Positions 20,034-28,414 of a stretch of DNA of 57,307 bases are shown here, piece by piece. The position numbers and the translations under genes are program-made. The notes under the pieces are model-generated. The model was not told where the DNA came from, made no database searches, and was given only the letters and a program-made list of their open reading frames with translations. This stretch comes from a virus (taxonomy: Duplodnaviria; Caudoviricetes): the IMG/VR virus record IMGVR_UViG_3300025133_007637, positions 1 to 57,307 of that record; one strand, given 5' to 3'. The first letter of the stretch is position 1. The number at the start of each line of letters is the position of its first letter.

Positions 20034-20501
20034 TGGAGGTGGCGGGAATCGAACCCGCGTCCTAAATGTTTTAACAGTTTGTGATATACAAGGTTAAACT
20101 TTAATCTTTCTTTTGGACGAAAGAATTAAGTTCTTCTGCAACTTTAATAACTTGTTCAGAAGTAACAGGCGTCCAATTTTTTTTGCCGCTTGTTTCAAAT
20201 TGCATATGAGCGTTCTGCTCTACAATTCGTTGGGCTTGCTGTAGCAATCCTTGCCTAATTTCGTATCCGTTTCTATTGTTATTCTCTGACATAGTATTTC
20301 TCCTCTCTGTCTGTGTGTTAATTTAAAGCACGGTTTATTGGGTAACAAGGAAAAACCGTAAAAACCCCGCTTTGTTTGCTTACGCAGCCAAAGTTAATGC
20401 AACATTATCGTTAGCAGTTATTTGTTTTAAGCCTTTTAGTGTTTGCTTATACACCCTTGCACAAATCTATCTCGACACCCAGTCGAATCCAGTTCACCCC
20501 C
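20034..20501 (-). ncRNA. ssrA: tmRNA, standard one-piece form, 468 nt, tag ANDNVALTLAA (20380-20415), CCA not encoded
   Basis: 5' GGGGGTGAACTGGATTCGAC; 3' GACGCGGGTTCGATTCCCGCCACCTCCA; acceptor stem GGGGGTG/CACCTCC with G3-U70; helix 2 (TGGGTGT/ACATTTA, TGCAAGG/CCTTGTA); pk1 (GTGT/ACAC, TAAGC/GCTTA); resume context ATAACT-GCT. Confidence 0.95.
20101..20292 (-). CDS. 63-aa protein encoded inside the tmRNA
   Basis: ATG with GAGGAG SD 7 nt upstream; amphipathic helical sequence GYEIRQGLLQQAQ...PVTSEQVIKVAEELNSFV; lies wholly between the tag ORF and the 3' strand of helix 2. Confidence 0.75.
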   Translation of the reverse strand: MSENNNRNGYEIRQGLLQQAQRIVEQNAHMQFETSGKKNWTPVTSEQVIKVAEELNSFVQKKD

Positions 20502-20514
20502 GTAGTGTATAAGT

Positions 20515-20543
20515 ATTATAGCAGATTTTTTTTGGAATGTGAA
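20515..20543 (-). promoter_or_regulatory. sigma70 promoter of ssrA
   Basis: TTCACA-17 nt-TATAAT with extended TGn; -10 lies 13 nt upstream of the mature 5' end. Confidence 0.75.
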
Positions 20544-20552
20544 GAAAAATTA

Positions 20553-20942
20553 TTAGTATCGGCCAGCGGTTGACAGAGGGTCGTCTGGATTCAATTCTGA
20601 CCTCCGTGTAACAGTTCCTTTTCCTGCTAAAGAATCCATTGTAGAGCGAAACACATCACGAACATCAGGATCTTTTGTAATTTCTCGCGGAAGATGACTC
20701 TCCCAGTTTTGTAAAGCTGCTGCAAGGCCAAGCCTCATTTTTGGTGCGTTATTTCCAAGTTCCCATAGCTGATTAAAAATAATCTTCGCACCTTCCACAG
20801 TCATATTTTTTCTTTCGTCGGTTGACATCTTCTGTAATTTATCAACAAAAAGTTCAGCTTCAATTTCCGCATCGCCTTCTTTTAAAATAGTTGAAAGTTC
20901 CTCTTTAATAATTTTCTGAAGTTTGTCTTTTGTAAGTTTCAT
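20553..20942 (-). CDS. Hypothetical protein with MKLTKxxLxxIIKEE N-terminus (possible internal head protein)
   Basis: AGGAG SD; N-terminal motif recalled from large-phage proteins. Confidence 0.65.
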   Translation of the reverse strand: MKLTKDKLQKIIKEELSTILKEGDAEIEAELFVDKLQKMSTDERKNMTVEGAKIIFNQLWELGNNAPKMRLGLAAALQNWESHLPREITKDPDVRDVFRSTMDSLAGKGTVTRRSELNPDDPLSTAGRY

Positions 20943-20992
20943 ATAAATCTCCTGTGATTTACAATAAATAGTTACTTATTAAACAAAAAGAA

Positions 20993-21065
20993 AGCGAATG
21001 ATGGGGTTCGAACCCACAACGTTCAGCTTGGAAGGCTGACACTCTGCCAGTTGAGCTACATTCGC
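20993..21065 (-). tRNA. tRNA-Gly(TCC), CCA not encoded
   Basis: GCGAATG/CATTCGC acceptor stem, anticodon loop CTTCCAA, T-loop GTTCGAAC, U73 discriminator. Confidence 0.95.
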
Positions 21066-21197
21066 AGAAAACTTCGCAAGATTGTTGATTATTCACAACA
21101 ACAACGCTAGACTCAATTCATTAACTTCATTGGAGTCATTGAAGGATAGTTATACTTATAAATCTTTTTTATCTTGCTAAGTTCTAAGCGTTGAATT

Positions 21198-21226
21198 ATA
21201 ATACCTTAATTTCTACTCCTTGTCAA
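21198..21226 (-). promoter_or_regulatory. sigma70 promoter upstream of tRNA-Gly and its 125-nt leader
   Basis: TTGACA-17 nt-TATTAT. Confidence 0.7.
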
Positions 21227-21587
21227 CCTCATCTTGAAAATAACTATCTATTTTATGCTTTCTTGCTAAAAGCAAGAATGTTTTTTCATTTAAGCCCAAA
21301 AAGCGGGCGGCTTCTTTCTTCGAACGTGTGGCTGAAACTGCAAATTTTAATACCGCATCCTTAACAATAACTCTGATTGAATTCCAAATTGGAAGCCCAT
21401 AAAGTTTCCCATTTAGGCCAAACCTGGAAGCTAATTCTAATTTTAAACCAATAACCTCTTCTAAAGAAAGATTATTTAATAAAATCTCAAATTCCTCGCT
21501 GGATCTATTCTCTCTTTTTAATTTTTTTGATAATGAATAGTAACGATTTTTGCCGTTATTCTTTTTCGGTGTCGTCATTAGCCACAC
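21213..21587 (-). CDS. Protein with C-terminal Fis-type HTH
   Basis: RSKKEAARFLGLNEKTFLLLARKHKI resembles HTH_8. Confidence 0.6.
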   Translation of the reverse strand: MWLMTTPKKNNGKNRYYSLSKKLKRENRSSEEFEILLNNLSLEEVIGLKLELASRFGLNGKLYGLPIWNSIRVIVKDAVLKFAVSATRSKKEAARFLGLNEKTFLLLARKHKIDSYFQDEVDKE

Positions 21588-21834
21588 CTAATATACCATA
21601 ACCAGCTATGTCTTTAAAGGGTGACTCTCCAAAAGCGTCTTTACGAGTAGAAATTCTAAACAATTTGTCTAAAATTCGAGTGATCGCCAGCATGTCTTGG
21701 TACTGGCATGGTTCTATACCATTTGGGTATAAAACTTTTAAAATTTGTTCAGACTTTTCGAAAGAGCTTCCGTAAGCTTCGTTTTTTTTATCAACAAGTT
21801 TGCCGATTTCAGTTCCAATTTTTTCAAATCGCAT
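21556..21834 (-). CDS. DUF1599/nucleotide-modification-associated domain-like protein
   Basis: KKNEAYGSSF...DKLFRI...ESPFKDIAGYGIL; start moved to MRFEK (21834) to avoid the overlap. Confidence 0.65.
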   Translation of the reverse strand: MRFEKIGTEIGKLVDKKNEAYGSSFEKSEQILKVLYPNGIEPCQYQDMLAITRILDKLFRISTRKDAFGESPFKDIAGYGILGVANDDTEKE

Positions 21835-21841
21835 GTATGCC

Positions 21842-22750
21842 TCAGAGAGAAAGGTCTGTGTCAAGTGCTTCCGGCTCTGGTTCTTCTCCAGGGACTTCAG
21901 CAGTTTCGATACTTGCTTTCTCTTTTTCATACTCATCAGTAGTAGGTTCGCTAACTGCTCCAAGTTCTTTCTCCCATTTATCAAAATAAAGCTTTAAGTT
22001 TGTAATAAGATATTCCTTAAACACATCTTGATCTTTAGGGTTGTCTAAAACGTCATAGGTTTCTACAATGTTTTTCTCAATGTTATCAAAAGACCTTTTT
22101 GCCATAGCTTTTCCTGTTTCGTCTTGACCTTCAATTCCAAAGGTGTCTTCTTCTTCCTCTGGTGGAGTGTCTTCGATATCAATAAACTTATCTTCGTCAG
22201 AAAGCGGATCATCAGCCACTTTTATTTCAACTTCTTCGATTTCTTCAGATTCGTCTAAGTTTAAAATGTCTTCTTCAGTGGCAGCAACTCCACCTTGCCG
22301 ATTTATGTCTTCGGTTCTTAAAGCAGTATCAACTGCATTAATGATATGGGCACGAAATGAATTTCTTTGTTCACTGCTTGTTGTTAGAGTTTTAAATCCA
22401 ATCTCTAAATTTGGTAAAACCTGTTTTAATAGTTCTTCCAAAAGGTTAATCGCTGTGGACTCGTGTGGAACATCTTCAATGTCTTTTTTTGCTTCAATTA
22501 TAAGTTTTTTTAAAATTGAACGCAATTTGAGTTCTTCATTTAGTTTAGTTTGTTTAAGAATTGTCTTTTCTTTATGAATTTCAGAAATACATTCTTGAAC
22601 AATCTCACGCAATTTGAGTTCTTCTAAAAAGTCTGCGCGACTTATATAATAGTCATTATTATTAGAGTCTGGAGCTTTACCCGAGGGACCGGCAACAGCA
22701 CCAGTAGACATCGCACTCATTTCTTCTAAATTCTCGTCTTGCTTATTCAC
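21842..22750 (-). CDS. Acidic hypothetical protein
   Basis: Long ORF, very E/D-rich, two EELKLR helices. Confidence 0.7.
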   Translation of the reverse strand: MNKQDENLEEMSAMSTGAVAGPSGKAPDSNNNDYYISRADFLEELKLREIVQECISEIHKEKTILKQTKLNEELKLRSILKKLIIEAKKDIEDVPHESTAINLLEELLKQVLPNLEIGFKTLTTSSEQRNSFRAHIINAVDTALRTEDINRQGGVAATEEDILNLDESEEIEEVEIKVADDPLSDEDKFIDIEDTPPEEEEDTFGIEGQDETGKAMAKRSFDNIEKNIVETYDVLDNPKDQDVFKEYLITNLKLYFDKWEKELGAVSEPTTDEYEKEKASIETAEVPGEEPEPEALDTDLSL

Positions 22751-23000
22751 TTTGTCTATCTTCCTTGATTATTTTCAATTCTTCTTCCAAAACACTAATT
22801 TTAGAAGTCATTCGCCGTGACATACGACGTAATTCGGACAATTGTTGCTTCATCACCTCTATTCTCCTTTTTTCATAAAGAGCGCGGGGGCGAAAAGAAT
22901 TAATATTCTCCGAAAGTGCCTGAATCCAACTATCAATAGTTGGAAGTTGGCCTTCGTTTAAAATAAAATTTTTAGTAATTTTATTTAAACTGTATTTCAT
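22743..23000 (-). CDS. Hypothetical coiled-coil protein
   Basis: Translationally coupled to neighbours. Confidence 0.6.
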   Translation of the reverse strand: MKYSLNKITKNFILNEGQLPTIDSWIQALSENINSFRPRALYEKRRIEVMKQQLSELRRMSRRMTSKISVLEEELKIIKEDRQSE

Positions 23001-23152
23001 TAACCATCATCTCTGGAAAAGAAAGTTTTCTTCTTTTTAACCTTTTTAACTTCTTTTTTTGGTTCTGGCGGAACAACAACAGGCGCAGCTTCCTCAACTA
23101 CGGGTGCGGGTCCGAATTGTCCAGTTTTCCTCATTCTTCGTTTTTTAGCCAT
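23000..23152 (-). CDS. Small basic protein (50 aa, not in ORF track)
   Basis: AGGAG SD; MAKKRRMRKTGQFGPAPVVEEAAPVVVPPEPKKEVKKVKKKKTFFSRDDG; stop overlaps the next ATG. Confidence 0.6.
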   Translation of the reverse strand: MAKKRRMRKTGQFGPAPVVEEAAPVVVPPEPKKEVKKVKKKKTFFSRDDG

Positions 23153-23165
23153 TATTTCTATCTCC

Positions 23166-24185
23166 TTATTTCTTTGCCCAAAGTTTGGTCAATCTTTCAT
23201 TAAGTTCAGAGCGTTGTGTCGCTCGAATTTTATTGCGACTTGGAGAAAACGATTCTTTGATCTCTTCGACTTCTTCGTTCTCTTCGATTTCTTCAACTTC
23301 TTCATTTATGTCGTCATCACCTTCATCTTCATACTTGTCGTGATCATCTTCAGATTTATCTTCTTCATAATCTCGATCATCTTTTAAAGATCGTAAATGA
23401 TTTTCCATTTCTTTAATGTGATTATCATCGGCATGTTCATTTTTCCATTCATCCCATGCCTCGGCCTCGCCGCTATCTTCTTGTATAACGCCGCCAGTGG
23501 GATCATCTGAAGGATCTCCCTTAAGCCGACCTTCTTCTGTGACTGAAATACTTTGATCATCAGCACCTGCTATCTTCGCAGAAACTTCAGTATTATCCTT
23601 CTCCATGTCTTCGATGGTCCCTTCGGATAAATCATCATTAAACATTTCTCTAATAACTCCCTGAATAATGTCTCTTAAATGAGATTCATTAATTTTCTTC
23701 TTCATTTTATCTCCCTCTACCAATTTTTCACCTACTACACTATTTGTGTCCGGTGTTTGGTCTGTATTAATAAATAGTGGGGTTCCACCCTTAGATTTCA
23801 ATTTATCTTCCCAATCTCTAAAAATCATGTTACCCGTTTCATAAGCTTCTCTTTCCATTTCTCTTAAATGATCATCATTTTGTGCATAACCTTCAACTGT
23901 GGCTGCACCACCGTTAAAATCGCCCCTACAATTTTGGGCGTGATGAACAAGTTCATGGGACAAAGAGCGCAGAATGTCTTTAATGTGACGGCCCTGCGAA
24001 TAAATTGCAATTTTGAAATCTGCTGGATTGTAAAATGCTGTTTTGCCAAGAGGATTGTCAGAATTTTTTTTACTCTTTATTAAACAAATCTTTGGATGAG
24101 GTTCGAAACCTAATTTGGATCGTGATTCATCATACAAACTTTTAAAGAGTTCTTGATAATCTTGCATTTTGCGAGAAAAGCTCAT
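23166..24185 (-). CDS. HExxH metallopeptidase-like domain plus acidic C-terminal region
   Basis: LRSLSHELVHHAQ...EMEREAY. Confidence 0.6.
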   Translation of the reverse strand: MSFSRKMQDYQELFKSLYDESRSKLGFEPHPKICLIKSKKNSDNPLGKTAFYNPADFKIAIYSQGRHIKDILRSLSHELVHHAQNCRGDFNGGAATVEGYAQNDDHLREMEREAYETGNMIFRDWEDKLKSKGGTPLFINTDQTPDTNSVVGEKLVEGDKMKKKINESHLRDIIQGVIREMFNDDLSEGTIEDMEKDNTEVSAKIAGADDQSISVTEEGRLKGDPSDDPTGGVIQEDSGEAEAWDEWKNEHADDNHIKEMENHLRSLKDDRDYEEDKSEDDHDKYEDEGDDDINEEVEEIEENEEVEEIKESFSPSRNKIRATQRSELNERLTKLWAKK

Positions 24186-24223
24186 AACTTTAAATAATTA
24201 GTTTTGTTTGACTAAAACCTACT

Positions 24224-24445
24224 TTAAAATAATTGTATAACTATTTTGTGTTCTTCGGAAGGGTCGTCTGAGTTGTTGTCTTCTTCGACTGGATTATAGG
24301 GCAAAACCGGCAAATGAAGTCTTGGTCTTTCTTGGTCTTGTTTTTGTTTTTGAAGCTTTTCGCGCTCAAATTCAATCAAAACTTCAACAGGAACATCGTC
24401 CCAGGGATTTTTACGATCTTCCATATTATTAACTAGTGGGAACAT
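24224..24445 (-). CDS. Hypothetical protein
   Basis: Fills the gap on the coding strand; true start may be MEDRK. Confidence 0.5.
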   Translation of the reverse strand: MFPLVNNMEDRKNPWDDVPVEVLIEFEREKLQKQKQDQERPRLHLPVLPYNPVEEDNNSDDPSEEHKIVIQLF

Positions 24446-24456
24446 AAAGCTAATCC

Positions 24457-24693
24457 TTATTCTTTTGTTTCATTTGTCAAATAAGATAAATTAAATGGTT
24501 CATAGGTTCCATTCACTTTTACAACTTTAGCAAAAACAAATTTACGGTTAATTCCCTTTCGTTCATAATAGATTTCCTGAATTATTCCGTATTCTTTATC
24601 TTGTTTAGCTAAGTGTTTCCACGAGACTAAATCGCCCACTTTAAACATTGACAACAAGTGAGCATCAAATAAATTTTCTTGTTCGCCATTCAT
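24457..24693 (-). CDS. Small SH3/KOW-like protein (FxVGDLV family)
   Basis: FKVGDLVSW...YGII. Confidence 0.65.
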   Translation of the reverse strand: MNGEQENLFDAHLLSMFKVGDLVSWKHLAKQDKEYGIIQEIYYERKGINRKFVFAKVVKVNGTYEPFNLSYLTNETKE

Positions 24694-25151
24694 TATTTTG
24701 CTAAATCTTTAACATAGGAATAGACACACTTTGACATCACATTATAATAATTTTCTTCATTATAATAAATGTCCAAACGATTAGCTAAATCTTTACCTTT
24801 CCTCCAAGCATCCAATTCTTCAGACAAGATGTCTATTTTATACTTTGGCGACCTTTCGAGTTTCACATTACTGTTACAATAACTCATTTTGGCAGAAGAA
24901 GGGTATCTTTTTTCATACCTTTTTTCATTCACCTGTAAAAGAAGGTGTCCGCATTCATGCATTAAAGTATACAACCTATTTTCAATTCCTTGGCGCGTAT
25001 TTACTGCTATTGTTTTTTCTGCCGGTCGAAATTCATCTCGAATACAATAATCAAACTCAACATTATAATTTTTATTATTAACCCATTCGACTAATGTGTC
25101 CAAACCATGTTGAAAGATCTTTTGTTTAAACTTTTTTTGTGCTTTTGACAA
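24693..25151 (-). CDS. Putative zinc metallopeptidase
   Basis: LMHECGH...EELDAWRKG; GGAGG SD before TTG. Confidence 0.6.
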   Translation of the reverse strand: MSKAQKKFKQKIFQHGLDTLVEWVNNKNYNVEFDYCIRDEFRPAEKTIAVNTRQGIENRLYTLMHECGHLLLQVNEKRYEKRYPSSAKMSYCNSNVKLERSPKYKIDILSEELDAWRKGKDLANRLDIYYNEENYYNVMSKCVYSYVKDLAK

Positions 25152-25177
25152 CCTACACCTCCAATAGTGATAACCAT

Positions 25178-25206
25178 ATTATGACATACGGATCACAGAA
25201 AGTCAA
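25178..25206 (-). promoter_or_regulatory. sigma70 promoter
   Basis: TTGACT-17 nt-CATAAT with extended TGn. Confidence 0.6.
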
Positions 25207-25245
25207 GCTTCAAAAATGATTAATTTATTGTCAAAAGTGCAATAA

Positions 25246-25575
25246 TTAATAAATCTCTAAGATTTTAACTACTGAATGGTCTGAGATTGCGCCGGTATAA
25301 TTTGGCGATGTTTCCCCTGATGACGGAGTGGCATCAATGCTTGTTTTTGTATAATAACAATAAACCGACAAACCTGCATCAAAAACTCGTTGGTAATATT
25401 TGACAGTTAAGGATTCTGTAACGGTGTTAGTGGTAGTGATAGTGGGTTTTTCATAATTAAGAGTGTCTTTTTTATACCAATTGCCGCCTCTTTTTACCAT
25501 ATTTGGATTAGCAGAAACCGCTTGATAATAAGAACCGCTGGAAACCGAATAATTAATTGAACCTGATGCACCCAT
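25246..25575 (-). CDS. Putative virion structural protein
   Basis: S/T/G/Y-rich, in a block of similar genes. Confidence 0.5.
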   Translation of the reverse strand: MGASGSINYSVSSGSYYQAVSANPNMVKRGGNWYKKDTLNYEKPTITTTNTVTESLTVKYYQRVFDAGLSVYCYYTKTSIDATPSSGETSPNYTGAISDHSVVKILEIY

Positions 25576-25587
25576 TTTAAATCAACT

Positions 25588-26688
25588 TTAAGTGGTTTCT
25601 CCAGGCAATAATGAAGCTGTAAAAGGAAGCCACCAACTTCCAACCGCGCAGTGCGTTGGTGTGCCTGTAGCGGGTAGCGTCATTCCAGAAAATCCGTAAT
25701 CGTTTTTGCAACCACCGGGGTGAACATCTGGAATTCTTCCTCTAATAACAGTTGATGTACTCGACCTCAATTCGGCCACATATCCGGCGAGTAATGGCCA
25801 AGTACCATCGATGACCGAACCACCGACGTTCGCATCACAGAAAAAGCTGTTGCCCGTACTGTAAGCGCCACCATAGCTGAGAAAAGAAGCATAATTTCCA
25901 TTTGTGAGATCCACCGCACCAGCGACGGACCAAAATCCCTGTCCGCCAGCATCGCCCCATCCATTGTTTAAACCATAGCCTGAATCGCAAATCGTATTCG
26001 TCGAGTTGGTTGAAACCTGTCCAGCCTCACCATATGTCCATGCGCCTTGCCGATTAGCATCCGTGTCCCAAGCAACTCTCACCATCACTGGAAAAGGATC
26101 AATACTGGCAGAACGAGGAGTTTCCACTCGAAAACATCCTATACTGCCATGATAATTGGGGTAGCTTACATTATTTTGTGAGGTAACAGACACAAAACTA
26201 CCAGTAAGATCGATAGTTCCATGAAAATAAGTAGTATTCCCCGCATCATAGGCAAGTCTATATTGTGATTGCTTTTCATACGCCAAAGCGGTTTCTGCTG
26301 GTCGCGAGTCTTTAGCTATACTCCCAAAATTTGGTTCAGTATAATCAAAAATCCAATAGGCGTCTGTAGTATCAGCGTACACCAAATCTACCGTTAACCA
26401 TATATAACGAGTAACACCACCAGTAACAGGCAAAATGTTTTTCCTCATAGTAAACCACGAACGGTCGCCAGTGCTCCAAATGAAATCTCCTGTACCTGAG
26501 ATGAAGGTTGACCCACCAGTGGTGACACCATTAGATGCCGAAAGCACTTCCCACGCGGCTGTGGTACTACCTGCGCCCCCACTCAAAAAATTATAAAATT
26601 GATACATCCAATTTGCGCCGGTTGTGGCGTCGTCCACGCTGGATACCGCTATATTTTGTATACACTGCCAAGATTTTTCTGTTGCCAT
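25588..26688 (-). CDS. Putative virion structural/tail protein
   Basis: G/S/T/W-rich beta-type composition, higher GC than the flanks. Confidence 0.55.
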   Translation of the reverse strand: MATEKSWQCIQNIAVSSVDDATTGANWMYQFYNFLSGGAGSTTAAWEVLSASNGVTTGGSTFISGTGDFIWSTGDRSWFTMRKNILPVTGGVTRYIWLTVDLVYADTTDAYWIFDYTEPNFGSIAKDSRPAETALAYEKQSQYRLAYDAGNTTYFHGTIDLTGSFVSVTSQNNVSYPNYHGSIGCFRVETPRSASIDPFPVMVRVAWDTDANRQGAWTYGEAGQVSTNSTNTICDSGYGLNNGWGDAGGQGFWSVAGAVDLTNGNYASFLSYGGAYSTGNSFFCDANVGGSVIDGTWPLLAGYVAELRSSTSTVIRGRIPDVHPGGCKNDYGFSGMTLPATGTPTHCAVGSWWLPFTASLLPGETT

Positions 26689-26692
26689 TTTT

Positions 26693-26920
26693 TTATCCTA
26701 TTGTTCCACTATGCGTGGTGATTAAATTTGAAAGACCTCTTTGGATATTTGCTTGGGTTTCAGTTCCCAAGTATTCAAAACCTTGAGGAAGTAATTTTGT
26801 TATTCCGATTTTCCACTTAATTGAGGTATCACCGTCAACAATTCGAGCAGTTGTAATTGCTACTGAGACTGAATTTTTATTTTGCAACAAAAAAGAGTTG
26901 ATTTCTGTCCATGTCATCAT
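26693..26920 (-). CDS. Hypothetical protein
   Basis: AAGGA SD; within the structural block. Confidence 0.55.
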   Translation of the reverse strand: MMTWTEINSFLLQNKNSVSVAITTARIVDGDTSIKWKIGITKLLPQGFEYLGTETQANIQRGLSNLITTHSGTIG

Positions 26921-26955
26921 TTTTTTAATTTCCTTCTCACATTAAATAGTATTTA

Positions 26956-27318
26956 TTAATACAATGTTACCTTTATCCCTTTAATTAGTGTCGAAGTTGT
27001 GGCATCAGAACCAGACGCATAAAAATCAACCCAACCATTAACACCAAACGCAGCAGTAGTAATTGCAGAGCCTGAAATGTCCTGTAATCCACGACCGACG
27101 CCAGCGGTGGTTCCAGAAGCATTAAGTTCATCAACACTGGCACCACCAGTAAATTTCTTAACTTCTACTGAACCAGTGTTTGCATCTGTTGGTCCAAACA
27201 TCGCCCGAAAAGCAATATAAGAATTACTTCCAGTTATAATCCTGGCAGAACCAATATGTGTGGCCGATGTTCCAGAAACTTCCGCATTTAAAATTAAATC
27301 TATTCCACAAGCTGCCAT
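26956..27318 (-). CDS. Putative structural protein, paralog of the C-terminal domain of 27344-27958
   Basis: HIGS..VEVKKFTGG..WVDFYASGS..IKGI. Confidence 0.55.
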   Translation of the reverse strand: MAACGIDLILNAEVSGTSATHIGSARIITGSNSYIAFRAMFGPTDANTGSVEVKKFTGGASVDELNASGTTAGVGRGLQDISGSAITTAAFGVNGWVDFYASGSDATTSTLIKGIKVTLY

Positions 27319-27343
27319 AATTTATTCCCTTCTATAAATACTA

Positions 27344-27958
27344 TTAAATTTCATAAAACACGCCTCTAATGCTGGAAGTCATAGGATTACTCGACCCGGA
27401 AATGTAAATGTCATACCAATCCGAATTAGAAACAACAACATTTGACGAACTCATCGCCGCCCAAGTGCCGCCAGCTGTTCCCGAATTAATCATCTGCAAT
27501 AATGAAGTTCCTCCCGTAAACCTTTTAAATTCTACATTAGAGTTCGCTCCCCCAGAGCCAGTAATTAATGCCCCAATTGTTAAATAGGTCTTGGCATCGA
27601 GCCATAAAGAACCAATTTGCATCGGAGTTGTACCGTTTGGATTCGAAGCTGAAATAACTTGCGTATAAAGAGTTGGAATGTATTCTAAACCAGCTGTATG
27701 AACAGTTGATGTGGAAGAAATGTGGCCAGCATTAATATTCTGTGTTGGGAATGTGGGATCGTCAGAAGTTGGAGCTAAATTTGGAGGGACTGCCCCGGCA
27801 GTAGCCCGGTAAGGAGTGCTTCTATTTCGTAATGTCTGTACCGCCCAATTGCCTCCAAACGCGAAAGGTGCTTGAGTTCCTTCGACACCAGCATCAAATG
27901 GTCTTTGCGCTACTGAGCGACTCAGGGTCGTAATTGTATAATCAGAAGAATAAGACAT
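27344..27958 (-). CDS. Putative structural protein
   Basis: QIGS..VEFKRFTGG..WYDIYISGS..IRGV; S/T/G-rich. Confidence 0.55.
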   Translation of the reverse strand: MSYSSDYTITTLSRSVAQRPFDAGVEGTQAPFAFGGNWAVQTLRNRSTPYRATAGAVPPNLAPTSDDPTFPTQNINAGHISSTSTVHTAGLEYIPTLYTQVISASNPNGTTPMQIGSLWLDAKTYLTIGALITGSGGANSNVEFKRFTGGTSLLQMINSGTAGGTWAAMSSSNVVVSNSDWYDIYISGSSNPMTSSIRGVFYEI

Positions 27959-27970
27959 TTCTAACCCATT

Positions 27971-28414
27971 TTAAGAACCAGCAGTTATCGTAAAAACTCC
28001 ACTAGCATTCCAAGTAACCGTTATATCACCACCATTGGCTGTAACTGTAAAACTTCCACTATCATCCCAATAGGCCAATAGGTAATCATCAGAACCAGGA
28101 GTGGAACCAGCCGCATAAATTACCATAGCGTTAGCTGTGCCTGTTGTAACAGTGGAAAATGTTACATCACCCGCATCAAATGTGCCTGGAGTTGTAGAAA
28201 TGTCTCCACTTGTTAAAGCTGTTGGAGTTCCAATGTAATTAGAGGAAACTGCGGTACTAAAAAACTCATCAGTATTTAAATTAACTGCTCCCGCCAGTTG
28301 ACCATAGGTTGATGTAACCAAAGCACATTTAATGGTGTCAGTATCGAGATCTATGTCTCCGTTCATCAAGTGTTGAACGCCTTTTTTATATAATTTATTA
28401 CCGTAACCGGCCAT
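27971..28414 (-). CDS. Phage tail-associated structural protein
   Basis: IDLDTDTIKCALV...FDAGDVTF...NGGDITVTWNASGVF, a pattern recalled from phage tail-region proteins. Confidence 0.65.
   Translation of the reverse strand: MAGYGNKLYKKGVQHLMNGDIDLDTDTIKCALVTSTYGQLAGAVNLNTDEFFSTAVSSNYIGTPTALTSGDISTTPGTFDAGDVTFSTVTTGTANAMVIYAAGSTPGSDDYLLAYWDDSGSFTVTANGGDITVTWNASGVFTITAGS

Noticed and set aside
20034-20501. Extra tmRNA length due to a group I intron or a permuted two-piece gene
   Set aside because: The T-arm is uninterrupted, 5' and 3' acceptor strands are in standard order, and the extra sequence is a short SD-led ORF without visible intron core elements.
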